Assembly: GCA_964370315.1 (NCBI GenBank) | Contig: CAYJIS010000002.1 | Location: 35,753-99,752 of the forward strand | Reading direction: 5' to 3' | DNA length: 64,000 nucleotides | Origin: an uncultured Treponemataceae bacterium | GTDB lineage: Bacteria; Spirochaetota; Spirochaetia; Treponematales; Treponemataceae | In this document: positions 9,341-17,777 of the stretch, piece by piece | How the letters are laid out: every line of letters begins with the position of its first letter | Position numbering within the stretch: position 1 is the first letter of the stretch | Program-made: the position numbers and the translations under genes | The notes under the pieces: model-generated | The model's input: only the letters and a program-made list of their open reading frames with translations | Told to the model about the DNA's origin: nothing | The model's database searches: none

Positions 9341-9967
9341 TTATATATCTTTTAACCCTGTAATAAGATTTTTCGCATATGGCAAACCTTCAATCCATTC
9401 ACAAAAAGTATGCCATTCGTTTAGCTTATGATTTTTTCTTGAATAATAAATATTTATAAGCGTTTCATAATTCATTGTGCAGGTGCGAAGCTGATTATAG
9501 CTTGACGGTAAAAGCTGAATCATATCGTGCCAGTATGACTTATCTTTGGTTTCTACAAAAGAAAGGCGTGCTTTTTCTAAAAAGTCGATAAGGATTTGCA
9601 TTTGCTCCTTTGCTGCTTCACTCATTTTATCCGTACTAAAATCGTCCATGCTAAAAGGCTTTGAGTGTATTTTATGCATCGTGCTTGTGGAATTTGCAAC
9701 GGTCGAAACTTTATAAGTATCGTATTCTTTCCACCAATACATAGGAGCTGTTACATCAACAGAAACAAAAATCTGCCGTATAAATTTGCGATGATCGCTT
9801 CCTGATTTACAAAGGCGCCCTGCAAGATCTAAGTCTTTTTCTCCAAGAACATAGTTTCCCTTGTCATCATAGTAACTATCAGATCTCTCCCAACTATTCA
9901 TTGGATTTCTTGCACCCCTAATAGCATTTTCTATATTCATAACTGAATCGTTTGAAATTGTTAACAT
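9341..9967 (-). CDS. ThyX-fold (Thy1-like) protein lacking the canonical RHRxxSxxxxSxR signature; function unknown
   Basis: 208 aa. By eye it is collinear with ThyX as I remember it: AIRGARNP.. matches [37 protein letters not shown] matches [60 protein letters not shown] matches [33 protein letters not shown]. All signature Arg and His residues are replaced. Confidence 0.55.
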   Translation of the reverse strand: [208 protein letters not shown]

Positions 9968-10032
9968 TCTTTTTCTCCCACTTCGTTTGCTTTTATTAGT
10001 ATATCAAAAAGGGGGTGGCTCGACAATAGATT

Positions 10033-11286
10033 TTACTGAGAATATTTTTGTTTACGCTCTTTATTTCTCATCTTTTTAAAGGTATACATTTTATCATCAG
10101 TTAGTTCAATTAACTCCTCTGCTGTAAAAATGTTTGAACTATCAACTTCTGTTACTCCATAACTAATAGATGTTTCATACTCTTTCTTATTTTTCTCTTT
10201 GAGTTTTAATACAGATGCATAACAACGCTGAACCTTATCGTTTATTGAAGACGAATCATTTCCTACTAGCAAGAATTCGTCCCCTCCAATACGGGCAACA
10301 GTATCTGCAGAAAACACACTTTGTATTTCTTTTGATACTTCTTGAATATACCAATCACCCTCTTCATGGCCATAGGTATCATTTACTATTTTCAATCCGT
10401 CTAAATCAAGATAAACAATGTAGCATTTTTCACGCTCAGATAAAAACTTTTGCAACTTTTTCACCGCAACACTTCTAACATAAAATCCAGTAAAAAAATC
10501 AGTTTTTACCTCTGCTTCTAAACGTGCTACGGTTGAGTTTTCCATTTTTATTTTTTCAGAAGTAACTTCATACGTAACAGAAGCTTGTTTTAGTTTTGAA
10601 TAAATAAATACAATCACCATAATAAGAATAAAACTTATAAGGGCTAGTAAGCTTATCATTATTTGAAAACTGCTATTTAAAAGAGGATCCTCTGTTTCAA
10701 TATAAAGTGTTGGTAAAGCAAGTATTTGACTTATACAGGATATTCCTAATAATACCGCTGCTAATTTTAAGCTTGGAATATCACTAAATAAAAATTTAAT
10801 TACCTTTGAAATAAGTATCCTACTGCTAACAAGTATGTAAGGCGCTAAAATAAGAAATGTAATTGCTGTTATCTTAATTCTGTTATCAATATCACCAATC
10901 ATTTCAACGATTTGTTGACCCGAATTATAAGCAAAGATTCCTATTAGTAAAACTCTAATACCAAAATAATTTATGGTAAAACATAATACTGCAGATACTG
11001 TTTGTACCAGTGACTGTTTATACGTTAACGCAATCTGCATTCCAATAACAATAAAATATATAAACATCATTAGCCATTCTAACTTAAAGTCAGTTATATA
11101 AATCGGCACATAAACCAAAAAAGAGTTAATTATAATAAGGAAAAGCAACCTTGTTACGCTTACCATAGGAACACCAAAAATGCAAGCAAAATAATAGAAT
11201 ACAAAAATAATATAAGTGATATAAAATAAGTATGTAGCTATCAACACTCTAAAAACCCCCTTTTTTATAAAAGATTTTTTTATCAT
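10033..11286 (-). CDS. Polytopic membrane GGDEF-domain diguanylate cyclase, type A paralog (no I-site)
   Basis: 417 aa, collinear with 6651-7859. LDLDGLKIVNDTYGHEEGDWY...ARIGGDEFLL. FSAD occupies the I-site position. Its 5' end overlaps the upstream gene by 38 nt. Confidence 0.88.
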   Translation of the reverse strand: MIKKSFIKKGVFRVLIATYLFYITYIIFVFYYFACIFGVPMVSVTRLLFLIIINSFLVYVPIYITDFKLEWLMMFIYFIVIGMQIALTYKQSLVQTVSAVLCFTINYFGIRVLLIGIFAYNSGQQIVEMIGDIDNRIKITAITFLILAPYILVSSRILISKVIKFLFSDIPSLKLAAVLLGISCISQILALPTLYIETEDPLLNSSFQIMISLLALISFILIMVIVFIYSKLKQASVTYEVTSEKIKMENSTVARLEAEVKTDFFTGFYVRSVAVKKLQKFLSEREKCYIVYLDLDGLKIVNDTYGHEEGDWYIQEVSKEIQSVFSADTVARIGGDEFLLVGNDSSSINDKVQRCYASVLKLKEKNKKEYETSISYGVTEVDSSNIFTAEELIELTDDKMYTFKKMRNKERKQKYSQ

Positions 11287-12460
11287 GTTTCATGAGTTCA
11301 TCAACTTTTTCTAAAACATCCGTCCTTGAAAGACCATCTATTGTTTCAAAGCACTTGTATCCCAAATTTGCATGCACCGTAAACTCTTCTTTTTCATCAA
11401 TCTTGCGAATTGAGTTTTTTATTCTTCTAATTATTTCTTCCATCTCATTGTGTGTAACAGAAGTTAATATTATAACAAACTCATCTCCTCCGATTCGAGC
11501 AGGAAAATCCTCATCACGTATTGATTTTTGCAAAACTCTTGCTACATCCAATATATAGCGATCTCCAACCTTATGCCCATACGTATCATTAACATACTTT
11601 AGTGCAACGAGATCTGCATATACTACAGCAAAGCTACAATTCTTAGCCTCACACAATTCATCTATTTTTTGATGCACAAAGCGTTTGTTATAAAGATTTG
11701 TTAGATCGTCGCTATAAAGCTTGTACTCAGTAGCAATTTTCTTTTTAATGATTTTACCATGCAATGTTTTTGCTTCATCTGCTTTTCGTTTATAAGGATG
11801 AAGAACCGTTATATTTGCATTAAAATAAAACAGTACATAAAACATTGCCATTACAAAAAAGATTGTTGCAAGAGCCGAAATTGGAAAAAGAGGTTGATAA
11901 TGAGCTTTCATAAGAAACCATGACTCTGCACAAAGGGCTGCAAATAAAAAGGTTGATTGTGAAGACATTATCTCAGAGTATACTTTTGCAGTTGATATTT
12001 CTACAAATTTTGAAATAGGAATATATTTTTCATAAACTTTTATTAAGACAATAAGAATTGTACAACTCACCACTACGGTTTGAAAAAGTAATGGGACATT
12101 TACATAGATGTCACCTAAGGATTCGCGCAAGATCAAGCTATACAAAAGCAAAACGGTAAGATGAACCGCAACCATACTTAATAGATATGAAGTAATAAAA
12201 AACCAAACTTGTCTGAAGGTTGTTTTAGTGCAAAGGCGAAGTTCAACAAAATAGCCGAAATACCCAATAACGTATAGCACAGCCCAAGGAACCCCGCAAA
12301 AATATAACACAATAAAAGTACACGTGTTAAAGAGCGTAAAAAAAATCAGTAAAAGGGTATTCTTTTTAGAGTATTTGAGAATTTTTAAAGCAAACTGCAA
12401 AATAGAAAAGCAATATGTGGCATAAGATAAAAAGCCTAATGCAATCCAAAAATTCGTCAA
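11249..12460 (-). CDS. Polytopic membrane GGDEF-domain diguanylate cyclase, type B paralog (RxxD I-site present)
   Basis: 403 aa, collinear with 7861-9078. DDLTNLYNKR...ADLVALKYVNDTYGHKVGDRY...RDEDFPARIGGDEFVI. TTG start 6 nt after AAGGAG. Confidence 0.88.
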   Translation of the reverse strand: MTNFWIALGFLSYATYCFSILQFALKILKYSKKNTLLLIFFTLFNTCTFIVLYFCGVPWAVLYVIGYFGYFVELRLCTKTTFRQVWFFITSYLLSMVAVHLTVLLLYSLILRESLGDIYVNVPLLFQTVVVSCTILIVLIKVYEKYIPISKFVEISTAKVYSEIMSSQSTFLFAALCAESWFLMKAHYQPLFPISALATIFFVMAMFYVLFYFNANITVLHPYKRKADEAKTLHGKIIKKKIATEYKLYSDDLTNLYNKRFVHQKIDELCEAKNCSFAVVYADLVALKYVNDTYGHKVGDRYILDVARVLQKSIRDEDFPARIGGDEFVIILTSVTHNEMEEIIRRIKNSIRKIDEKEEFTVHANLGYKCFETIDGLSRTDVLEKVDELMKHDKKIFYKKGGF

Positions 12461-12608
12461 GCAATACTCCTTTCAATAATCTTACCCTAAATTATATAAG
12501 AAAACCGTATTTATGTAAATAATGCTAGCTTTGCAAAATGAATATTCTTCTATAAAATAATTATTAAATGTATCCCACATAATTCATATAAATATCTTAA
12601 GTTTGCAC

Positions 12609-12637
12609 TTGCACTTTTATGTTATAGAGTTTACAAT
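12609..12637 (+). promoter_or_regulatory. Putative promoter for lpd
   Basis: Tandem TTGCAC TTGCAC. The second copy is followed by a 17-nt spacer and TACAAT. RBS AGGAGA lies before the ATG at 12674. Confidence 0.35.
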
Positions 12638-12673
12638 ATTCAATATTAAAACCTTGTTCGTTAGGAGAAAACA

Positions 12674-14041
12674 ATGTACGATATTATTGTTATAGGCGCA
12701 GGCCCTGCAGGATATCTTGGTGCAGAGCGATTAGCACAAAAGGGAAAAAAAGTTCTGCTCATAGAAAAACAGAGCATTGGAGGAACTTGCCTAAATATAG
12801 GTTGCATCCCTACTAAATCATTACTAAATTCGGCAAAATACTATAAGCATGCCAAAGATTCTTCACAATTTGGAGTACATTCTACTGACGTAACGTATAG
12901 TTTCCCAGAAATGATGGCATGGAAGAATAAAACTGTAACAACACTTGTCGGTGGCGTTACCTCTATGCTAAAAAAACAGGGTGTTGAGGTAGTAAAGGGA
13001 ACAGGGCAAATCATTAATGCAAATGAAGTAAAAATTTTGGAAACAGAGCAAAGCTTTGAAACAAAGGCTATCCTTATTGCAACAGGATCTGAGTCTGCAA
13101 TGCCCCCAATTGAAGGAGCTCTTAATAACTCTTTTGTCCTCAATTCTACAGACCTTTTAAATATCGACAATGTACCAGACAGTATTTGTATTATTGGCGG
13201 AGGCGTAATTGGAATAGAATTTGCAAGTCTTTTTTCAACCCTAGGTAGTAAGGTTTCGGTTATAGAAATGATGGATGAAATAATTCCTGTTATGGATAAA
13301 GATCATGCCCCCATACTAAGAAAATCTCTTTCGGATATTACTTTTAATCTGAGCTGCTCTGTAGAAAAAATAGAACAAAATACTGTTTTCTTTAAAACAA
13401 AAGATGGAAGCACCGACTCTGTGCAAGCAAGTATTATTTTAATGGCGGCAGGTAGAAAACCAGAAATGTCATCTCTACTTGCAGAAAATATGACTATTAA
13501 CATTACTAATGGTGCCATTACGGTCGATGAAAAAATGAAAACCAACATCCCTGGCATATGGGCGGCAGGGGATGTAAACGCTAAGAATATGCTTGCACAT
13601 AGCGCATATAGAATGGCAGAAGTTGCAGTAAGTGATATTTGTGCTTTCTTAGAGAGAAAAGAAGAAAGCAATAACATGATGCGATACAATGCCATTCCTT
13701 GGGTTGTGTATTCAAATCCAGAGGTTGCAGGATGCGGGATAACTGAACAAGAGGCTTCTTCTCAAGGAATAGAGATACAAGTAGCCTCAGTGCCAATGGT
13801 TATGTCTGGTCGATTCGTTGCAGAAAACGGATTGCGCGCCCCTGGGACAGTAAAGGTTATTGCTTCGAAAGCCGATGGGAAAATAATTGGTATTCATTTA
13901 TTAGGTCCATATGCATCTGAAATTATTTGGGGCGCTGCGCTACTACTTGAAAAAGGAAGTACTATTCAAGAAATAAAAGAAATGATTTTTCCCCATCCTA
14001 CCGTAAGTGAAGTAATTCGCGAAGCAGTTTGGATGATGTAA
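12674..14041 (+). CDS. lpdA: Dihydrolipoyl dehydrogenase (class I pyridine nucleotide-disulfide oxidoreductase)
   Basis: 455 aa. FAD fold GAGPAGY, redox-active disulfide GGTCLNIGCIPTK, NAD fold GGGVIGIEFA, and HPT..E in the C-terminal interface domain. Confidence 0.9.
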   Translation: MYDIIVIGAGPAGYLGAERLAQKGKKVLLIEKQSIGGTCLNIGCIPTKSLLNSAKYYKHAKDSSQFGVHSTDVTYSFPEMMAWKNKTVTTLVGGVTSMLKKQGVEVVKGTGQIINANEVKILETEQSFETKAILIATGSESAMPPIEGALNNSFVLNSTDLLNIDNVPDSICIIGGGVIGIEFASLFSTLGSKVSVIEMMDEIIPVMDKDHAPILRKSLSDITFNLSCSVEKIEQNTVFFKTKDGSTDSVQASIILMAAGRKPEMSSLLAENMTINITNGAITVDEKMKTNIPGIWAAGDVNAKNMLAHSAYRMAEVAVSDICAFLERKEESNNMMRYNAIPWVVYSNPEVAGCGITEQEASSQGIEIQVASVPMVMSGRFVAENGLRAPGTVKVIASKADGKIIGIHLLGPYASEIIWGAALLLEKGSTIQEIKEMIFPHPTVSEVIREAVWMM

Positions 14042-14081
14042 GATGGAAATAGGATTACAATAATACACGAATTGTAAGAGC

Positions 14082-14114
14082 AAGAGTTATCACTTATGTG
14101 ATAACTCTTTTTTA
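14082..14114. terminator. Rho-independent terminator between convergent lpd and the rluA-family gene
   Basis: 12-bp perfect stem AAGAGTTATCAC / GTGATAACTCTT with loop TTAT, followed by a T-run. Confidence 0.7.
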
Positions 14115-14867
14115 TTCCTCACATTGCAAAGGGTCTACCCCATACAACTTTGCCAATTGCTTTCTCAAAGAATCCATATCCTTTGAATACGGTGCAATAA
14201 AACTCATTTTCTTGCCCGTTGAAGGATGCTCAAACTCTAGACTATAAGCATGGAGGGCAAGCCTGTTCAAGAGAGGTCTTTCTGTAAAAACATCCCCTTT
14301 CCATGACCGTTTAATATCTGAAAGTTTAATTGCTTTTTGATTTCCTCCATAGAGAGGATCGCATACAATTTGAAATCCTTCATGCAATAAATGAGCCCTA
14401 ATTTGATGTGTTCTACCTGTTATTGGTCGAGCCTCAATCCAAGAAAAAGCATTGCAAGAACCAAGAAACTTTAATTCTGTCTTTGAAGGCTTCCCCTGCC
14501 TCTTATTTACAACACTCCTATGTTTTGCATCCCCATCAATCATAAGAGCTGCATCACATAAATATTCTTCCCAAAGAGGTCTCCCATACACAAGTGCATG
14601 ATATACTTTTTTTACATCTTTTTTTTCAAAAGCCATGCTTAAAGAACGATGAGATTCCTTTGTCTTTGCGTACACAATTAGCCCCGAAGTATCTTTATCT
14701 ATCCTATGTACTGCCAGTAGTTTTCCGTGTTTTTCCTCTGCCAAAACATCTAGTCTGGGCGCATCATTATCATAACGGTCTGCTGCAGTTAGAATTCCTG
14801 AAGCTTTATTAAACACAATAATATCTGAATCTTCAAAAACCACTGTAAATTTTTCTTTTATTTTCAT
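14112..14867 (-). CDS. RluA-family pseudouridine synthase (no S4 domain)
   Basis: 251 aa. Catalytic motif HRIDKDTSGLIVYAKT and RTHQIRAHL. Confidence 0.88.
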   Translation of the reverse strand: MKIKEKFTVVFEDSDIIVFNKASGILTAADRYDNDAPRLDVLAEEKHGKLLAVHRIDKDTSGLIVYAKTKESHRSLSMAFEKKDVKKVYHALVYGRPLWEEYLCDAALMIDGDAKHRSVVNKRQGKPSKTELKFLGSCNAFSWIEARPITGRTHQIRAHLLHEGFQIVCDPLYGGNQKAIKLSDIKRSWKGDVFTERPLLNRLALHAYSLEFEHPSTGKKMSFIAPYSKDMDSLRKQLAKLYGVDPLQCEE

Positions 14868-14872
14868 GCTCG

Positions 14873-15742
14873 TTATTTATCTCCATCATGAATTACAATT
14901 TGATTAAACGGAATTTCAATTTTCTCTTCATCAAATACTTTTTTTATTGCTATATATACCTGATTTCGCGCATCAATATAGTCATCTTTATTTATCCAAA
15001 CACCTAATACAATATCAATCCCTGATGCTCCAAATCCATCAAAATAAGCAACCGGCTCGGGATCAGCGATTGTTAACGGACACATGCCTGGAACTTTTAA
15101 TAATGTATTATACGCTTTTTCTAAGTCAGTTTCATACGCAACCGAGACACGTACTGTTACCCGTCGAATTGGATAATACGTTGTATTTTTTAGATTTGCT
15201 TTTATTATTGTTTCATTTGGAACACGAATTAATTGGTTATCCCTCGTTAATATTTTTACAGAAAGCAAGTCAATTGAGTGTACCGTTCCAATTACATCCT
15301 GAATAGTTACAAAGTCACCTATTTTTATTGTATTTTCACTTAAAACAAAAAATCCACTTATTATATTACTAAATGATGTTTGTGCGGCAAAACCAACTGC
15401 AACACCCACAATACCTGCTGCACCAAGCAAGGCATTTAAATTTACTCCAAATACATCCAAAATATATAAGGCTATTAATACATAAAAAGTGTATTTAATA
15501 CCCTTTTCTACAAGCAAGGCCGCTTGAGGCTTAAGCTTTTCTTTAGCTACTTTTCTATATAATTTTAACAATACTCTGTAAGTAATATATAATAAAACAA
15601 TTGCAGCAACAAAACTTATTGCCTTAAAAAGAAAGTCAAGTGTAAAAACACTTTTTAATCCTTCTAGGTTTTTTGATACATCAAACACAGAGTTTATGGC
15701 ATTCTCAGCAGCTCCAATTACGTCTTCTGTTACTTCATTCAT
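14873..15742 (-). CDS. Small-conductance mechanosensitive channel (MscS family)
   Basis: The track ORF extends to 15802. The ATG at 15742 (MNEVTEDV...) lies 7 nt after AAGGAG and removes the overlap with nth. TM helices are followed by the MscS beta-domain (IKIGDFVTIQDVIGTVHSIDLLSVKILT). Confidence 0.85.
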   Translation of the reverse strand: MNEVTEDVIGAAENAINSVFDVSKNLEGLKSVFTLDFLFKAISFVAAIVLLYITYRVLLKLYRKVAKEKLKPQAALLVEKGIKYTFYVLIALYILDVFGVNLNALLGAAGIVGVAVGFAAQTSFSNIISGFFVLSENTIKIGDFVTIQDVIGTVHSIDLLSVKILTRDNQLIRVPNETIIKANLKNTTYYPIRRVTVRVSVAYETDLEKAYNTLLKVPGMCPLTIADPEPVAYFDGFGASGIDIVLGVWINKDDYIDARNQVYIAIKKVFDEEKIEIPFNQIVIHDGDK

Positions 15743-15762
15743 AGCTATCTCCTTTTCAAAAT

Positions 15763-16419
15763 TTACACACCATTTTTTTTGCAAATATCTTCGATAATGC
15801 ACTCGTCACATTTAGGGTTTCTCGCCACACAAGTATAACGCCCTTGTAAAATAAGCCAATGGTGTGCGTGATCTAAAAATCTCTCAGGAATGCACTCTAA
15901 AAGATCTTTTTCAACCTGCTCAGGAGTTATCCCCGTCGACAAGCCTATTCTTGGTGATATTCTTAAAAGATGAGTATCTACAGGCATTGTGGGTTCTCCA
16001 TAAACCACATTCAACACAACATTTGCAGTTTTTCTTCCAACACCAGGAAGACTCTCTAAATCCTCTCTTTTTTGTGGAACGTTACTTTGAAAGTTATCAA
16101 TGAGCATTTGGCTCAACTTAATTACATTTCTTGCCTTATTTCTATACAGCCCTATCGTACGAATATATTCAACTAACCTTTCTTCACCTAATGAAACCAT
16201 TAACTCTGGGGTATCTGCGATTTTATACAGAGGCTCTGTCGCCTTATTAACACCCTTATCAGTGGTTTGTGCTGATAAGACAACCGATACCAAACAGGTA
16301 TACGGACTATGAAAAACTAAGTCAGATTTTGGCTCAGGATTTTGCTTTTTAAAACGAGTAAAAACTTCTATAATTTCATCTTCTGCTAACATTAGCATAG
16401 AAGAATACCGTTTAGCCAT
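15763..16419 (-). CDS. nth: Endonuclease III
   Basis: 218 aa. HhH-GPD motif LPGVGRKTANVVL and the C-terminal 4Fe-4S ligand pattern CVARNPKCDECIIEDIC. Confidence 0.93.
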   Translation of the reverse strand: MAKRYSSMLMLAEDEIIEVFTRFKKQNPEPKSDLVFHSPYTCLVSVVLSAQTTDKGVNKATEPLYKIADTPELMVSLGEERLVEYIRTIGLYRNKARNVIKLSQMLIDNFQSNVPQKREDLESLPGVGRKTANVVLNVVYGEPTMPVDTHLLRISPRIGLSTGITPEQVEKDLLECIPERFLDHAHHWLILQGRYTCVARNPKCDECIIEDICKKNGV

Positions 16420-16427
16420 ACCAACCC

Positions 16428-17594
16428 CTATTTTATTGCTTTTAATAAGGCCTCTGTTTTGTCAAGTTTTTCCCATGAAAATTCACTTCGTCCAAAATGT
16501 CCATACACGGAAGTTGCTTGATATACAGGCTTCTTTAGATCAAGTGTATCAATAATTCCTCTAGGAGTACAATCAAAAACATCATAAATTGCTTTAGATA
16601 ATGCAACTTCCTCCACCCTTCCTGTCCCAAAGGTATCAACCATTATTGAAACAGGAAAAGGAACTCCTATGGCATACGCAAGCTGGACTTCACATCTATC
16701 CGCTAGTTTTGCACCAACTATGTTTTTTGCTATGTATCGAGCCATATAAGCAGCCGAACGGTCAACCTTTGAAGGATCTTTACCACTAAAAGCACCACCC
16801 CCATGCCGACCCATTCCTCCATACGTATCAACAATAATTTTTCGCCCCGTGAGACCCGTATCTCCGTAAGGTCCTCCCGTTACAAAACGCCCTGTAGGAT
16901 TTATAAAAAATTTTGTATGGACATCCAGTAAACCACTAGTGTTTAAAACAGGTTTTATTATTTCTTCAATAACACATTCTTTAATTGCATCATGTTCTAT
17001 ATCAGGATCATGCTGGTGAGAGACAACTACAGAGTCAACTCGTAATGGCTTATGTCCTTCATATTCTATAGTTACTTGGCTTTTTGCATCTGGTCTAAGC
17101 CATGGTATTGTTTTGTTTTTTCTTAGTTCTGTTGCCAAACGAAGAATATCATGTGAAAATGTAATTGGCGCTGGCATCAATTCTGGTGTTTCATTACACG
17201 CGAAGCCAAACATCATTCCCTGATCCCCAGCCCCTTGTTGCCCCTTATACTCATCCAAGCCAAGCCCTACGACACCCTGGTTAATGTCTGGTGACTGTGA
17301 GTGAATAACGTTTAATACTGCCATTGAGTTACAATCAAGCCCATACTCAGCATTTGTATAGCCAATTTCTCCTGCTATATTTCTTGCAACTTCTGGAATA
17401 TCTACAAATGCAGTCGTTGTAATTTCACCGCCTACTAAAATAAGGGCTGTTGAAGCAAATGTTTCGCACGCTACATGGCTTTCTGGATCTACTTTTAAGC
17501 AAGCATCTAATACGGCATCAGATATTTGATCACATAGTTTATCAGGATGGCCTTCACCCACAGATTCTGAGGTGAATAGGTATTTTCCTTTCAT
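16428..17594 (-). CDS. metK: S-adenosylmethionine synthetase
   Basis: 388 aa. [32 protein letters not shown]. Confidence 0.97.
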   Translation of the reverse strand: MKGKYLFTSESVGEGHPDKLCDQISDAVLDACLKVDPESHVACETFASTALILVGGEITTTAFVDIPEVARNIAGEIGYTNAEYGLDCNSMAVLNVIHSQSPDINQGVVGLGLDEYKGQQGAGDQGMMFGFACNETPELMPAPITFSHDILRLATELRKNKTIPWLRPDAKSQVTIEYEGHKPLRVDSVVVSHQHDPDIEHDAIKECVIEEIIKPVLNTSGLLDVHTKFFINPTGRFVTGGPYGDTGLTGRKIIVDTYGGMGRHGGGAFSGKDPSKVDRSAAYMARYIAKNIVGAKLADRCEVQLAYAIGVPFPVSIMVDTFGTGRVEEVALSKAIYDVFDCTPRGIIDTLDLKKPVYQATSVYGHFGRSEFSWEKLDKTEALLKAIK

Positions 17595-17713
17595 TGCACC
17601 TACCTACATTGATGTTTTATATAGTATAATATAAAAACAAAACTTCAACAAGTGTCGTTATCTACAGTTACTATTAAGAATCTTCAATTATACTGTAAAT
17701 AACAAAAAAAACC

Positions 17714-17742
17714 TTGACACTCTCTTTAAAAGACTTTAAACT
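17714..17742 (+). promoter_or_regulatory. Putative sigma70-type promoter for the two-lipoprotein operon
   Basis: TTGACA, a 17-nt spacer, then TAAACT, about 35 nt upstream of the ATG at 17778. Confidence 0.4.
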
Positions 17743-17777
17743 AAAAAAAATTAATACAAAAAGCAAGAGTTTATATT

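Noticed and set aside
15743-15802. A 20-codon N-terminal extension of the MscS ORF that overlaps nth.
   Set aside because: The internal ATG at 15742 has a strong AAGGAG site at ideal spacing, and using it removes the 40-nt overlap. The extension has no RBS.
17595-17777. Possible SAM riboswitch in the leader of metK (minus strand).
   Set aside because: I read the roughly 180-nt upstream region on the minus strand. It is AT-rich, with no SAM-I-like conserved core or paired GC-rich helices, and only promoter-like hexamers are visible. An Infernal scan would settle it.
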